A stretch of 64,000 nucleotides of DNA from an uncultured Gammaproteobacteria bacterium (GCA_964544275.1 CAZIZX010000001.1:196342-260341), one strand, 5' to 3'. Shown: positions 8,025-18,601, counted from the first letter of the stretch. Made by a program: numbers and translations. Notes: generated by a model from the letters alone, not told the origin.

Positions 8025-10709
8025 ATGTTCAATGCTTTAAAAAATTTTTTTGACGAAAACCAAAAGAAACTTAAGTCCTATCAAAAAATTGTCACCAGTA
8101 TCAACAGTCTTGAATCTGAAATAAGCAAACTTTCCGACAAGAAACTCAAAGAAAAAACCGGTTATTTTAAAAAATTACTTAACGACGGTAAAACTGTTGA
8201 CGAGATATTGCCACAAGCATTTGCTGTCGTTCGCGAGGCCATCAAAAGGACTGTCGGTGAAAGGGCCTATGACGTTCAATTATTAGCCGCCATTACTCTC
8301 CATTACGGATCTATTGCCGAGCAAAGAACCGGAGAGGGCAAGACTCATTCAGTAATTTTTCCTGCTTATCTTAATGCTTTATCCGGCCAGGGCGTACACA
8401 TTATTACCCCCAACGACTATCTAACCCGAGTAGGTACCGGCTGGTACCCTAAGGCTCTTCATTTTTTAGGTGTTTCCACTGCCTCTATCGTTCACGAACA
8501 ATCATTTATCCTCGACCCGGAATATACCGATACTACAGAAAAATTTGATGATCGTCTAGCCCACCTTCGCCCTATTTCTCGAAAAGAAGCTTATTTGGCC
8601 GATGTTACTTACGGCACCAATAATGAGTTTGGTTTTGACTACCTTCGTGACCACATGGTTTCCGAAGCCCAAAATATGGTTCAACGGCCCCATCATTATG
8701 CCATTGTTGATGAAGTCGACTTTGTTTTGATTGATGAAGCCCGAACCCCTCTTATCATCTCCTCTCCGAACAACCAACCTGTCGACAAGTATTACAAATT
8801 TGCTCAAATCGCCGCCCAGCTCCAAGAAAACGACTATATAATTGATGAAAAGTCTCGCTCCGCCACACTCACTGAATACGGCATTCGCAAAGTCGAAAGA
8901 GTTTTGAATGTCAAAAATCTCTACGAAGAGTCATTTGAGACCATTCATTATATCGAAAATGCCATCAAAGCTAGAGCTCTTTTTCACAAGGACAAAGATT
9001 ATGTCATCAAAGACAACCAAATCATCATTGTCGATGAGTTTACCGGTCGCCTTATGAATGGCCGGCGCTGGTCGGATGGTCTTCATCAGGCGGTTGAAGC
9101 CAAAGAAAATGTCCCTGTCCAACGGGAATCCCAAACTTGGGCCACCATTACTTTCCAAAACTATTTTCGTCTCTACCAAAAATTAGCCGGCATGACCGGC
9201 ACAGCCATCACCGAATCGGAAGAATTCAAGAAAATTTACAATCTTGACGTTTTATCTATTCCCACTCACCGAGACATCCAAAGAACTGACAGTAACGATT
9301 TAATTTTCAAAACCCAGAGAGCTAAATACACAGCTATTGCCGCCAAGGTGGAAGAATTACACCAAAAAGGCCAACCCGTCTTGATTGGTACCACTTCAAT
9401 TGAAAAAAATCAGATATTGTCATCTCTTCTTCGCAAAACCGGCATTCCATACCAAATGCTTAACGCCAAAAACCACCAATCAGAGGCTGAAATTATTGCT
9501 AAAGCTGGTATGAAAGGTTCCGTCACCGTGGCTACCAACATGGCTGGTAGGGGAGTCGATATCATCCTGGGCGGACCTAAAGACGGTGTTGACCCCAAAA
9601 AGTGGGAAAAAGACCATCAGGAAGTTGTCGATCTTGGTGGTTTATTCGTCATTGGTACCGAACGTCACGAATCCAGGAGAATAGACAACCAGCTTCGGGG
9701 CCGGGCCGGAAGGCAGGGTGATCCTGGTTCCAGTCAATTTTATGTAGCCCTGGATGATGACTTAATGAGAATTTTTGGCGGCGAAAAAATAAGTAATCTA
9801 ATGACTAATTTCAATATGCCAGACGATACCCCCCTGACTCACCCCATAGTTTCTCGGGTTCTCGAACAAATTCAAGTCAAGGTTGAAGGTTATAACTTCG
9901 ATGTCAGAAAAAGTTTGGTCGAGTATGACGATGTTATCAACAAACAAAGAACTATCGTCTACAACTTGCGCGACAATGTTCTTCGAAACTATCTGGCCCA
10001 ACCCGACAAAAACAAGCAGGAGGTATTTAAATATCTTCAAAACCAAATCACCTCATTAATTGCACTCAATACTAATTACGACACCGGAAAACTAGATACC
10101 AAAAAATCCATCCTTGAATTTTCTGAAATTCTTCCTATGGACGATCGGTCTCGGGACCAAATCGAGGAAGATCTAAAAAAATCTAACAATCCTTCAGACT
10201 TTCTTTTGGCGATACTTGAAAAACAATGGCAGCAAAGAGTTGATTATTTTACTTCAGAAATTGCCAATAATATTCTTGTTTTTGCCATAATTACCACACT
10301 CGACCCACTCTGGGTCGAACACCTGACTTCCCTCGACGATCTTCGTGAAGGCGTCAGACTTCGAGGTTACGCCCAAAAGGACCCTCTAATCGAATACCGC
10401 AAAGAAGGTTTTGACATGTTCCAAAAATTGATGAACCAATTTGAGTACAATCTTGCCCGAAAACTTTTCCGCCTTGAGCCGATTACCATCCCCCAGGCCC
10501 AAACAGTTCCTGAAAATGCCAGTGAAACCCGTGGAGAAATACTTAACCTGTCTGAATCCTCCAACGATATTGATCTTAATAATCCTCAGATAGTTAATAC
10601 CAAAAATCAACCCGCCGCCGCTGTTACCAGAGCTCCTTCAAGAAACGGGCCTTGTCCCTGCGGTTCAGGTAAAAAATATAAAAAATGCTGTTACCCTAAA
10701 TTTGGTTAA
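8025..10709 (+). CDS. secA: Preprotein translocase ATPase SecA
   Basis: TGEGKT, YGTNNEFGFDYLRD, IVDEVD..LIDEARTPLIIS, ATNMAGRG, QLRGRAGRQGDPG, C-terminal CPCGSGKKYKKCC. Confidence 0.98.
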   Translation: MFNALKNFFDENQKKLKSYQKIVTSINSLESEISKLSDKKLKEKTGYFKKLLNDGKTVDEILPQAFAVVREAIKRTVGERAYDVQLLAAITLHYGSIAEQRTGEGKTHSVIFPAYLNALSGQGVHIITPNDYLTRVGTGWYPKALHFLGVSTASIVHEQSFILDPEYTDTTEKFDDRLAHLRPISRKEAYLADVTYGTNNEFGFDYLRDHMVSEAQNMVQRPHHYAIVDEVDFVLIDEARTPLIISSPNNQPVDKYYKFAQIAAQLQENDYIIDEKSRSATLTEYGIRKVERVLNVKNLYEESFETIHYIENAIKARALFHKDKDYVIKDNQIIIVDEFTGRLMNGRRWSDGLHQAVEAKENVPVQRESQTWATITFQNYFRLYQKLAGMTGTAITESEEFKKIYNLDVLSIPTHRDIQRTDSNDLIFKTQRAKYTAIAAKVEELHQKGQPVLIGTTSIEKNQILSSLLRKTGIPYQMLNAKNHQSEAEIIAKAGMKGSVTVATNMAGRGVDIILGGPKDGVDPKKWEKDHQEVVDLGGLFVIGTERHESRRIDNQLRGRAGRQGDPGSSQFYVALDDDLMRIFGGEKISNLMTNFNMPDDTPLTHPIVSRVLEQIQVKVEGYNFDVRKSLVEYDDVINKQRTIVYNLRDNVLRNYLAQPDKNKQEVFKYLQNQITSLIALNTNYDTGKLDTKKSILEFSEILPMDDRSRDQIEEDLKKSNNPSDFLLAILEKQWQQRVDYFTSEIANNILVFAIITTLDPLWVEHLTSLDDLREGVRLRGYAQKDPLIEYRKEGFDMFQKLMNQFEYNLARKLFRLEPITIPQAQTVPENASETRGEILNLSESSNDIDLNNPQIVNTKNQPAAAVTRAPSRNGPCPCGSGKKYKKCCYPKFG

Positions 10710-10724
10710 TAATACAATCAACCA

Positions 10725-11747
10725 ATGCCACCTTTAATCAAAACGTCAGCTCCCCAAATTCTAAATCGGATAAATCAGTCCCGAAACATTCTTCTTCATT
10801 GCCATCCCGCTCCCGACGGAGATAGTTTAGGTAGCGTATTAGCCATGGCAATCTATCTCATTAGTCTCCGCAAAAACGTAACGGTAATAAAAGGAGATTC
10901 AGAACTACCGCGCAATTTCGATCATCTCCCAGGTTTTTCGCTTATCGAAGAAAAAACGTTTTTTGATATTGATATAAACCAATATGACCTTTTTTTAATT
11001 CTTGATACTGCCGATTTAAACCAAATAAGTAAAATTGACAAAGTCTCTTTTCCACCCCATCTTGACACCATCACTATCGACCACCATGCCAGCAATCCCG
11101 GCTTTTCCAAATTCAACCTTATCGACCATAACTCACCTTCAACTTGTCAGATAATCGCTCAATTGTTTGACCATTGGGGAGTAATTCTTAATCATGATAT
11201 CGCCATTAATCTATTTGTTGGTATCTACACCGACACAGGCGGTTTCAAATATCCCAAAACAACCAGTCAGACTTTTGAAATAATCTCCAAACTTGTAAAA
11301 CACGCCCCAGACTTCCCTGACTATATTTTCCAGATAGAAAACCAAAGCGAATCTGGACAAATTAGATTTAGAGCCGCTGCCTTAAATAACATCACGGAAT
11401 ACTTTAATGGTCGGGTAGTTTTTTCCACAGTTTCTTTCAAAACCCTCCAAAAATATCGGGTATCACGAAGTCACACCGAAAAATCAGACATCGCCAATTT
11501 ACTCAAGTCGGTAATTGGTTGGGATATCACTGCCAGCATCGTCGAAATAGAACCCGAAACCTGTGCCATTAGTTTCCGTACTCGAGATGCCCAAAAATAT
11601 GACCTTTCACTGATTGCTTCCGCTACCGGTAGTGGCGGGGGGCATCCAGCTGCTGCTGGCGCTACAGTAAAAAATACACCCAAGTCCACTGAAAAGTATT
11701 TAATTAAGATAATAAAAAGCTTACATCCTGAACTCGGCGAGCCTTAA
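10725..11747 (+). CDS. nrnA: DHH/DHHA1 phosphoesterase (NrnA-like oligoribonuclease / pAp phosphatase)
   Basis: H.APDGDSLGS, IDHH, YTDTGGF, SFRT, GGGHPAAAG. Confidence 0.88.
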   Translation: MPPLIKTSAPQILNRINQSRNILLHCHPAPDGDSLGSVLAMAIYLISLRKNVTVIKGDSELPRNFDHLPGFSLIEEKTFFDIDINQYDLFLILDTADLNQISKIDKVSFPPHLDTITIDHHASNPGFSKFNLIDHNSPSTCQIIAQLFDHWGVILNHDIAINLFVGIYTDTGGFKYPKTTSQTFEIISKLVKHAPDFPDYIFQIENQSESGQIRFRAAALNNITEYFNGRVVFSTVSFKTLQKYRVSRSHTEKSDIANLLKSVIGWDITASIVEIEPETCAISFRTRDAQKYDLSLIASATGSGGGHPAAAGATVKNTPKSTEKYLIKIIKSLHPELGEP

Positions 11748-11763
11748 GTGATATTATTTAGTC

Positions 11764-12168
11764 ATGGACCCAAATTGTGTTTTCTGTAAAATTGTGAAAG
11801 GTAGTTTAAGCAAGTACGTTACTTACGAAGACAATGATTTCTTGGGTTTCCTAGATATCCATCCGCTTACCAAAGGCAATTCTTTACTTGTTCCCAAAAA
11901 TCATTACCGTTGGGTCTATGATGTTCCCAAATTTGGTAAATATTGGCAAATAGCCCAAAAGATCGCCCTGTCTTCCATAGAAACACTTTCTGCTCAATCG
12001 GTTTCATTCCTGACCTTGGGCTACGAAGTTCCCCACGCCCACATTCGGATCATTCCCCGTTTCCCCAATGATGCCCACCAAAACGGAGTTAACGTCCACC
12101 ATCAGGAAACATTTTCCGAAAACGATATGCTAAAAATAGCCCAATCCATAAAGGAAAATATAAAATGA
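11764..12168 (+). CDS. HIT family protein (variant triad HxHxR)
   Basis: CVFCKIV, FLDIHP..KG..LLVPK.H, VPHAHIRIIPR. Confidence 0.88.
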   Translation: MDPNCVFCKIVKGSLSKYVTYEDNDFLGFLDIHPLTKGNSLLVPKNHYRWVYDVPKFGKYWQIAQKIALSSIETLSAQSVSFLTLGYEVPHAHIRIIPRFPNDAHQNGVNVHHQETFSENDMLKIAQSIKENIK

Positions 12169-12446
12169 AAAACACTAAATTGCTTCGACTTGAAATAAAG
12201 AGACTAAACAGCAAGCTAGATCAGATTAGCCATCAAAGTCGCTTTATGGTTTACAATGCCAACCCTTGGAAATTTGCCCTTTATAACTTTATCGCCGGCA
12301 TTTTTCATTCTCTCGGCTCTCTGGTTGGTACCGCCGTTATCGCCGCCGCCATTGTTTATTTTCTTCGTGAAATTAATTTAGCCGAAATTATTATGAATTT
12401 CTTCAACCAGATACTTGAGCAGAACGCTGCTTTCTTTCGGCCCTGA
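12165..12446 (+). CDS. Small membrane protein (DUF5665-like)
   Basis: NPWK...NFIAGIF..LGSLVG followed by a TM helix. ATGA-type overlap with the HIT gene. Confidence 0.6.
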   Translation: MKNTKLLRLEIKRLNSKLDQISHQSRFMVYNANPWKFALYNFIAGIFHSLGSLVGTAVIAAAIVYFLREINLAEIIMNFFNQILEQNAAFFRP

Positions 12447-14259
12447 CTCGATCTATTTTTGACAGATATTTTTTCCTTAATCGGATATTCTTTGGTGTTA
12501 CATCAATCAGCTCGTCAGCCTCAATAAAGTCCAGGCACTCCTCAAGGCTATATTTAACTGCCGGTGACAAAATTATTGAATCATCGTTTCCTGAAGATCT
12601 CATATTTGTCAACTGTTTACCTTTACAAACATTAACCTCCAAGTCACCCACAATTGGCCTGATTCCCACAATTTGACCTTCATATATGTCTTCACCTGGT
12701 TCAACAAAAATAATTCCTCTTTTCTGAGCTAAGTCCAAACCATAAGATACAGCTTTTCCCGATTCTGAGGCAACCAACACGCCATTTCTCTCTTTTTTGC
12801 TACCTTCTTTTATTTCTTCATATCCCAAAAATAAAAAATTCAAAGATACCGACCCCCTGGTTTCCGTCATCAATACACTTCTTAACCCCAAAGCGTTCTT
12901 CTCACTAATTTTATAAACAGCCTTTATCCCATTACCTTCATTGACCATATCCAACATCTCAGCCTTCCTTTTCCCCAGTTCCGCGCTAATTACTCCAAAA
13001 TACTCTTCCGAAGTCAAAATCGTTAGTTCATTAACCGGTTCGCATATTTTACCCTCAATGGTTTTCAAAATTACTTCCGGCTTACCAATTTCCATAGCAT
13101 AACCTTCCCGCCTTAATCTTTCGATCAAAATAGCCAAATGTAACTCACCTCTACCAGACACCAGCACCCTGATACTATCAGTTGGGTCTTCTGCCACTTT
13201 TATCCCCAGATCAGTCAACGCTTCCTCGTACAGTCGGCTTTTTAATTCTCTACTGGTTAAATATTTTGACTCTTCCCTGGCAAATTTAGCTGTATTTGGT
13301 CCGAAACTCGACTTTAAGGTTGGCTGGCCTATCTCCATATCCGCCAGCGCCACTTGAAAATTTATATCTGTTATTGTCTGACCGATTTTTATATCAGGAA
13401 TTCCGGCCAGGTATATGATTTCACCACTACCAGCCTCGTCCACCTCCACCTTATTAATTCCTTCATTAACATAAAGTTTTTCAATTTTAAAATTGTTACT
13501 TACTTTTTGGTCCGAATTTATCAAAGAAACATATTGTCCTTTCTTAACCACTCCCTGACTAACTCTTCCCACGGCCAATCTACCCAAATATTCATTCCGC
13601 TCAAAAGCCGATACCAGCAACTGAAAAGGTTCATTCGGGTTCTTATTGGCACTTGGAATATATCTCAATATCGTTTCAAATAGGGGAGAGGTGTCACCGG
13701 TATTATCACCTCTCTCCGGTATTTCATAAAAAGTTTTCCCTTCCTTTCCTATTGCGTATATTACCGGAAAGTCCAAAAGATCCAGATTGTTAGCCAACGA
13801 CAAAAATAAGTTTTCTGTGTCCGAAATCACTTCTTTTATTCGAGAATCACTCCGGTCAATTTTGTTAATCACTAAAATTATTTTCAGGCCATATTCCAAC
13901 GCCCTTTTCAAGACAAATTTTGTTTGAGACAACGGCCCTTCAGCTGCGTCAACGATCAGCAAGGCTCCATCAGCCATATTCAGAACCCTCTCCACTTCTC
14001 CGCCAAAATCGGCATGACCCGGAGTATCGATGATATTAATTTTGCAATTTTTATAAAACACCGACGTGTTTTTGGATAATATGGTAATCCCTTTTTCTCT
14101 TTCCAAATCATTGCTGTCCATAATCCGTTCTTTCTGCATTTCTTCCTGGTTTTCACGGAAAGTATGGGTCTGTTTCAAAAGAGCATCAACCAGTGTAGTC
14201 TTGCCATGATCAACATGAGCAATCACCGCCACATTTTTAATATCGCTAAAATTCGGCAT
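12403..14259 (-). CDS. typA: Translational GTPase TypA/BipA
   Basis: IAHVDHGKTTLVD, DTPGHADFGGEVER, NKID, GRGELHL, YEGQIVG, K.LTNMRSSG, VTPKNIRLRK. Confidence 0.96.
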   Translation of the reverse strand: MPNFSDIKNVAVIAHVDHGKTTLVDALLKQTHTFRENQEEMQKERIMDSNDLEREKGITILSKNTSVFYKNCKINIIDTPGHADFGGEVERVLNMADGALLIVDAAEGPLSQTKFVLKRALEYGLKIILVINKIDRSDSRIKEVISDTENLFLSLANNLDLLDFPVIYAIGKEGKTFYEIPERGDNTGDTSPLFETILRYIPSANKNPNEPFQLLVSAFERNEYLGRLAVGRVSQGVVKKGQYVSLINSDQKVSNNFKIEKLYVNEGINKVEVDEAGSGEIIYLAGIPDIKIGQTITDINFQVALADMEIGQPTLKSSFGPNTAKFAREESKYLTSRELKSRLYEEALTDLGIKVAEDPTDSIRVLVSGRGELHLAILIERLRREGYAMEIGKPEVILKTIEGKICEPVNELTILTSEEYFGVISAELGKRKAEMLDMVNEGNGIKAVYKISEKNALGLRSVLMTETRGSVSLNFLFLGYEEIKEGSKKERNGVLVASESGKAVSYGLDLAQKRGIIFVEPGEDIYEGQIVGIRPIVGDLEVNVCKGKQLTNMRSSGNDDSIILSPAVKYSLEECLDFIEADELIDVTPKNIRLRKKYLSKIDRVRAERKQRSAQVSG

Positions 14260-14311
14260 CCGAGCATTATACCCTATATACAGTCAATTTATCTTGGTAA
14301 AATTCATGATA

Positions 14312-15076
14312 ATGAAAAAAATTAGACCCTCTATTGTCTTGTTGACCATCTTTATCGTCCTTGGTCTGGTTTTATCTTTTTTTTCCAAAGCCAAGAATAA
14401 AATTGTCGATACTGGTGAAAAAGTTCAAAAACAAGTTGAAACCATAACCGAAACTATTATCCCAAAACCAACGGTGATCCTAGAATCAGGTATACCCGAT
14501 AAACACCTTATCGAAACCTCATTTGTACCCCAAGCACCCGAAAAAAATTGGGACCAACCCTGGCAGGATGCTTGTGAAGAAGCCGCCCTGCTTACTGCCT
14601 ATTATTATCTTGAAAACAAAACACCCAGTCTCTCCGAAGTCAAAAACGATCTTTTGTCAATTATTAACCATCAGGAATCAGTCGGGCTCTCAAAAGATGT
14701 CAATCTGGCTCAGTTGTCAAAAACCGCCAACGATCATTTAAATTATCAATCTCACATTTTAGATAATCCCACTCTGGACGATATCAAAAAACTAATCGCC
14801 CAAGACATTCCTGTAATAGTTCCAGCCAGTGGCAAAAAATTATTCAAAGAAAATCGGCATTTTAACTCCGGCGGCCCTTATTACCACGCTCTAACTATTT
14901 TAGGTTACGACGATAATAGGCAAAAGTTTACTGTTCACGATGTCGGTACCCAGTATGGAGCCTATTTTAATTATTCATACACTCTACTAATGGATAGTAT
15001 TCACGATTTTCCAACTAGCGGTCACAAAGAAGATATTGCTCAAGGCCAGAGTCGGATTATGTATCTGATAAAATAG
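14312..15076 (+). CDS. Membrane-anchored C39-like cysteine peptidase
   Basis: N-terminal TM, F.PQAP..NW..PWQDACEEA, YHAL.ILGYD, VHD.G. Start uncertain (14294, 14306 or 14312). Confidence 0.7.
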   Translation: MKKIRPSIVLLTIFIVLGLVLSFFSKAKNKIVDTGEKVQKQVETITETIIPKPTVILESGIPDKHLIETSFVPQAPEKNWDQPWQDACEEAALLTAYYYLENKTPSLSEVKNDLLSIINHQESVGLSKDVNLAQLSKTANDHLNYQSHILDNPTLDDIKKLIAQDIPVIVPASGKKLFKENRHFNSGGPYYHALTILGYDDNRQKFTVHDVGTQYGAYFNYSYTLLMDSIHDFPTSGHKEDIAQGQSRIMYLIK

Positions 15077-15079
15077 ATC

Positions 15080-15685
15080 ATGAAATCAAATTACCTGGCA
15101 TTTTTATTCATTCTCATCTTCTCGTTTTTCTTATCAGCCTGTTCTCTGGGCAGCAATAACGACAGCAACCTTGATTTAAGTGGTAGCTTCAACAATGAAA
15201 CCCTCATTACTGAATCTCAACCGTCCTTATCTCCAAACACCTTAACCGAAGATGACACCATCGTCGCTCTGAAAACTCAAAATGGCCAAATAGTTATCAG
15301 GCTTTTCCCTCAACATTCGCCCAACACCGTCAAAAATTTTTTAAACAAAGTCAACTCAGGCTTCTATGACGGATTGACCTTTCACCGTGTTGAACCTAAT
15401 TTCGTTGTCCAAGGGGGAGATCCAAGGGGTGATGGCACCGGTGGTGGCACTATTTCCTCCGAAATAAATTCCCTACCGTTTACTCAAACTTCTGTCGGTA
15501 TGGCCCGGGGCAACAACAGACAACTGTCAAATGACAGCCAATTTTTCATCTGCCTTAGTACCGAAAGTTGTCAACATTTAACTGGTGAATACGTCAATTT
15601 CGGTCAAGTTATTTCCGGCTTTGAATTTGTTGAAAACATCAAAGTTGGTGACCAAATATTAGAAATTACTACTCAAACTAAATGA
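15080..15685 (+). CDS. Cyclophilin-type peptidyl-prolyl isomerase, lipoprotein
   Basis: Lipobox LSAC; FYDGLTFHRV..FVVQGGDP.G.GTGG; SQFFI; FGQV. Confidence 0.9.
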   Translation: MKSNYLAFLFILIFSFFLSACSLGSNNDSNLDLSGSFNNETLITESQPSLSPNTLTEDDTIVALKTQNGQIVIRLFPQHSPNTVKNFLNKVNSGFYDGLTFHRVEPNFVVQGGDPRGDGTGGGTISSEINSLPFTQTSVGMARGNNRQLSNDSQFFICLSTESCQHLTGEYVNFGQVISGFEFVENIKVGDQILEITTQTK

Positions 15686-16056
15686 AAAAATTCCTTCCGC
15701 TTATCTTAATTATTGTCATCCCTTTATTTTTTATTTTCCGATCTTCAACCGGAAATATTAAGGGTTCGATTGACAATAAACTGGACTATAGCCACTTAAC
15801 TATTTTTTCCACCCTCACTTGTCCTCACTGTAAAGTTGTCAAAGATTATATCAATCAAAATAATATCAATATTAATGTTATTGATATCACTTCCATAAAC
15901 GAACAAAATCAGTTTCAGCAGGCAGTCAGCAGCTGCTCTCCTCCGCAAAAACTGGAAGAGACCGGAGTTCCATTCCTTTTTAACCCGAATGACAATTCTT
16001 GTATTATGGGTGACACGCCTATAATTGATTACTTGGAAAACAATAAACCCCAATAA
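15682..16056 (+). CDS. Membrane-anchored glutaredoxin-like protein
   Basis: N-terminal TM, TCPHC, GVPFL, GD..II. Confidence 0.75.
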   Translation: MKKFLPLILIIVIPLFFIFRSSTGNIKGSIDNKLDYSHLTIFSTLTCPHCKVVKDYINQNNININVIDITSINEQNQFQQAVSSCSPPQKLEETGVPFLFNPNDNSCIMGDTPIIDYLENNKPQ

Positions 16057-16072
16057 ATTGCTAAAATAAATT

Positions 16073-16459
16073 GTGTCTCCAACGGTAAAAACCAAAGAGA
16101 AAGAGTTCAAATTATCTCCAAAAGTGATCTTCCGTCTTATTATCTTTTTCGCTTTAATCTACTTTCTTATAAATTATCTATCCAAAGGCGCGCCCATCAC
16201 CCAGACAACATCAAATCCAGATCCGACAGTCTTAGGCGAAGAAATTACCTTGGATCACTTTTATTCCTCACTGCCAGAAAACACCAAGGTTTTTTTAGAT
16301 AATTCTTCAAACCATCCTGTTATAATTGAAATTCAGGAAAAGCTCAACGATTTAAAGAGCCTAACCAAAGATTTCCCTCAAAAACAGATTAAAGAATTCA
16401 AAAAAACTCTAGTCAAAAACATATCGGAAGAAATATTAAGAAGTATTGACGAAGAATAA
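16073..16459 (+). CDS. Hypothetical single-TM protein
   Basis: GTG start with TAAAAT 5 nt upstream; TM helix, T/P-rich linker, helical C-terminus. Confidence 0.65.
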   Translation: MSPTVKTKEKEFKLSPKVIFRLIIFFALIYFLINYLSKGAPITQTTSNPDPTVLGEEITLDHFYSSLPENTKVFLDNSSNHPVIIEIQEKLNDLKSLTKDFPQKQIKEFKKTLVKNISEEILRSIDEE

Positions 16460-16462
16460 GAC

Positions 16463-17536
16463 ATGACCTATTTCCAAGATCTAAAAACCAAGCTCGATTT
16501 TCTAAAAGAAAAACTAGCTTACCCCGATAATCTCCAAAAACTTTCAGACCTTAAATCTGAAACTGAAAACCCCGGCTTTTGGGACAACGCTCTTGTTGCC
16601 CAAGAAAAAATGCAACAGTTGTCAGATCTCCAAAAGCAGATTGATGACATCCAAACTATCGAAAGCGATATTACTTCAGCCCAAGAATTCTCTCAGCTTC
16701 TTTCCTCTGAACCCGATTCTGGCCTCCAAAAAGAGTTTGACTTATCTCTCAAAGAGCTGGAGCGGAAAATATCTGTACTTGAAAACAAAATATTTCTATC
16801 AGGCAGATATGATTCCAATTTTGCCATACTCTCGATTCATTCCGGACAGGGAGGCACCGAAGCCATGGATTGGGCTTCCATGCTCCAGCGCATGTATATG
16901 CGCTATTTTGAAAGACAAAGTTGGTCCCACCAGCTGATCGACATCACTCCCGGTGATGAAGCCGGTATCAAAGCCGTCCATTTTAAAATCAACCAACCCT
17001 GGGCCTATGGTTATCTTCGGCGTGAATCAGGAGTCCACCGGCTGGTTCGCCTGTCTCCTTTTAATGCCGATCAGCTTCGCCAAACGTCTTTTGCCAAAGT
17101 CGAAGTTACTCCAGTATTTGAAAATAACTCGGAAATTGAAGTTAATCCTCAGGATATAGAATTCTCAGCCTATCGGGCTGGTGGCCACGGCGGACAAAAC
17201 GTCAATAAGGTCAGCACTGCCGTTAGGTTAGTCCACAAACCTACCGGGATCACCGTCTCTTCCCAGAGCCAAAGATCTCAGGATCAAAATCGCCAGTTGG
17301 CCATGGAAATGCTTTCTTCAAAGTTATGGGCTATAGCAGAAGAAAAAAAGCAGACCGAAAAACATGAAGCCAAAGGAGACAATATTATTGCCGGATGGGG
17401 CCGTCAGATCCGATCTTATGTCCTCCATCCCTACAAAATGGTCAAAGACCTTCGGACCCGACATGAAACTTCAGATACCGCTTCCGTGCTGGACGGTGAT
17501 CTTGATGCCTTTATTGAAAGTGAGTTAAGATTGTAA
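16463..17536 (+). CDS. prfB: Peptide chain release factor 2 (no internal frameshift)
   Basis: [21 protein letters not shown] (SPF motif), [20 protein letters not shown]. Continuous 357-aa ORF. Confidence 0.96.
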   Translation: MTYFQDLKTKLDFLKEKLAYPDNLQKLSDLKSETENPGFWDNALVAQEKMQQLSDLQKQIDDIQTIESDITSAQEFSQLLSSEPDSGLQKEFDLSLKELERKISVLENKIFLSGRYDSNFAILSIHSGQGGTEAMDWASMLQRMYMRYFERQSWSHQLIDITPGDEAGIKAVHFKINQPWAYGYLRRESGVHRLVRLSPFNADQLRQTSFAKVEVTPVFENNSEIEVNPQDIEFSAYRAGGHGGQNVNKVSTAVRLVHKPTGITVSSQSQRSQDQNRQLAMEMLSSKLWAIAEEKKQTEKHEAKGDNIIAGWGRQIRSYVLHPYKMVKDLRTRHETSDTASVLDGDLDAFIESELRL

Positions 17537-17542
17537 TTGCAA

Positions 17543-18601
17543 ATGAAAATAAAACCCCTTTACCAAATAACTGCTATATCCTGCCTTGCCACTTTATTAT
17601 TAACTTTTCTGATTTACACGCCTCTATATTCTGTCGGCAGCCGTCTCTCTGCCAAATTCGGACAGCCCCTAAGATATTTTCCTGATACTATTCTGGAAGC
17701 AGTTAGCAACCATCTCAAACAACCGGTCAAAAAAATAAACTTTATTATCCTTGGTACCGATAAACGGGATGATTCCTTCGAAAAAAATGAAATGACCGAC
17801 ACTATCATCTTTGCCTCCTTTGACACTGCCAGTAAACGTATCAGCCTGGTATCTTTACCTCGTGACCTTTGGTATGAACCAACTCAGTCCAAGATCAATG
17901 CTTTTTATGAAAACTCCAAAGAAAGCAACAGTTCCGCCGACTTTGATCAAATTAAGGGCCACTATTCAGACCTTACAGGACAAAAAGTTGATCGATTACT
18001 CGTCATCGACACCAACGATCTGGTTGACTTTGTCAATCTGATTGGTGGCGTCGATGTTTATCTGGAAAGTGGATTTGTCGATCAGCAATACCCTAACCCC
18101 GAATACATCGAAAACCCCTCTCCTCAAATACCCATATACAAAACAATTGAGTTTCCCTCAGGGTATTCTCACTTGGACTCAACTAACATTACTGAATTTG
18201 TTCGGTCCCGAAAAGGCTCCGATGATCCTCAAACAGGCGGTACCGATCTAGGCCGTATCCAGCGACAGCAGTTACTTATTAATGCCATTATTGCCAAACT
18301 GTCTTCTGGTCAACTTAATGATTTGGACAACATCACCAGTCTCTATCAATTTTTTCATCACAATTTGGAAACAGATATTACCGACCTAGACCTTTTTCAA
18401 ATCATTCTGGCCATCAACGGCCAGTTTAATCAAGTTAAATTAGAAAAATTTGAAATACCCATTTCTGCCACTTATTCCAAAAGTGCTCTCATCTATCACC
18501 CCAACCGATTCAAAAATAATCAATGGGTTTTTCTACCTGCCGATCCCAGCTTAGACCAACTACATCAATTTATGACCGACTCTTTAAAAAATGACAACTG
18601 A
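17543..18601 (+). CDS. LCP (LytR-CpsA-Psr) family glycopolymer ligase
   Basis: TM helix, ILGTD.R, TDTII, SLPRDLW, KINA, IGGVDV, FVRSR, DLGRIQRQQ. ATG 17543 preferred over TTG 17537. Confidence 0.9.
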   Translation: MKIKPLYQITAISCLATLLLTFLIYTPLYSVGSRLSAKFGQPLRYFPDTILEAVSNHLKQPVKKINFIILGTDKRDDSFEKNEMTDTIIFASFDTASKRISLVSLPRDLWYEPTQSKINAFYENSKESNSSADFDQIKGHYSDLTGQKVDRLLVIDTNDLVDFVNLIGGVDVYLESGFVDQQYPNPEYIENPSPQIPIYKTIEFPSGYSHLDSTNITEFVRSRKGSDDPQTGGTDLGRIQRQQLLINAIIAKLSSGQLNDLDNITSLYQFFHHNLETDITDLDLFQIILAINGQFNQVKLEKFEIPISATYSKSALIYHPNRFKNNQWVFLPADPSLDQLHQFMTDSLKNDN

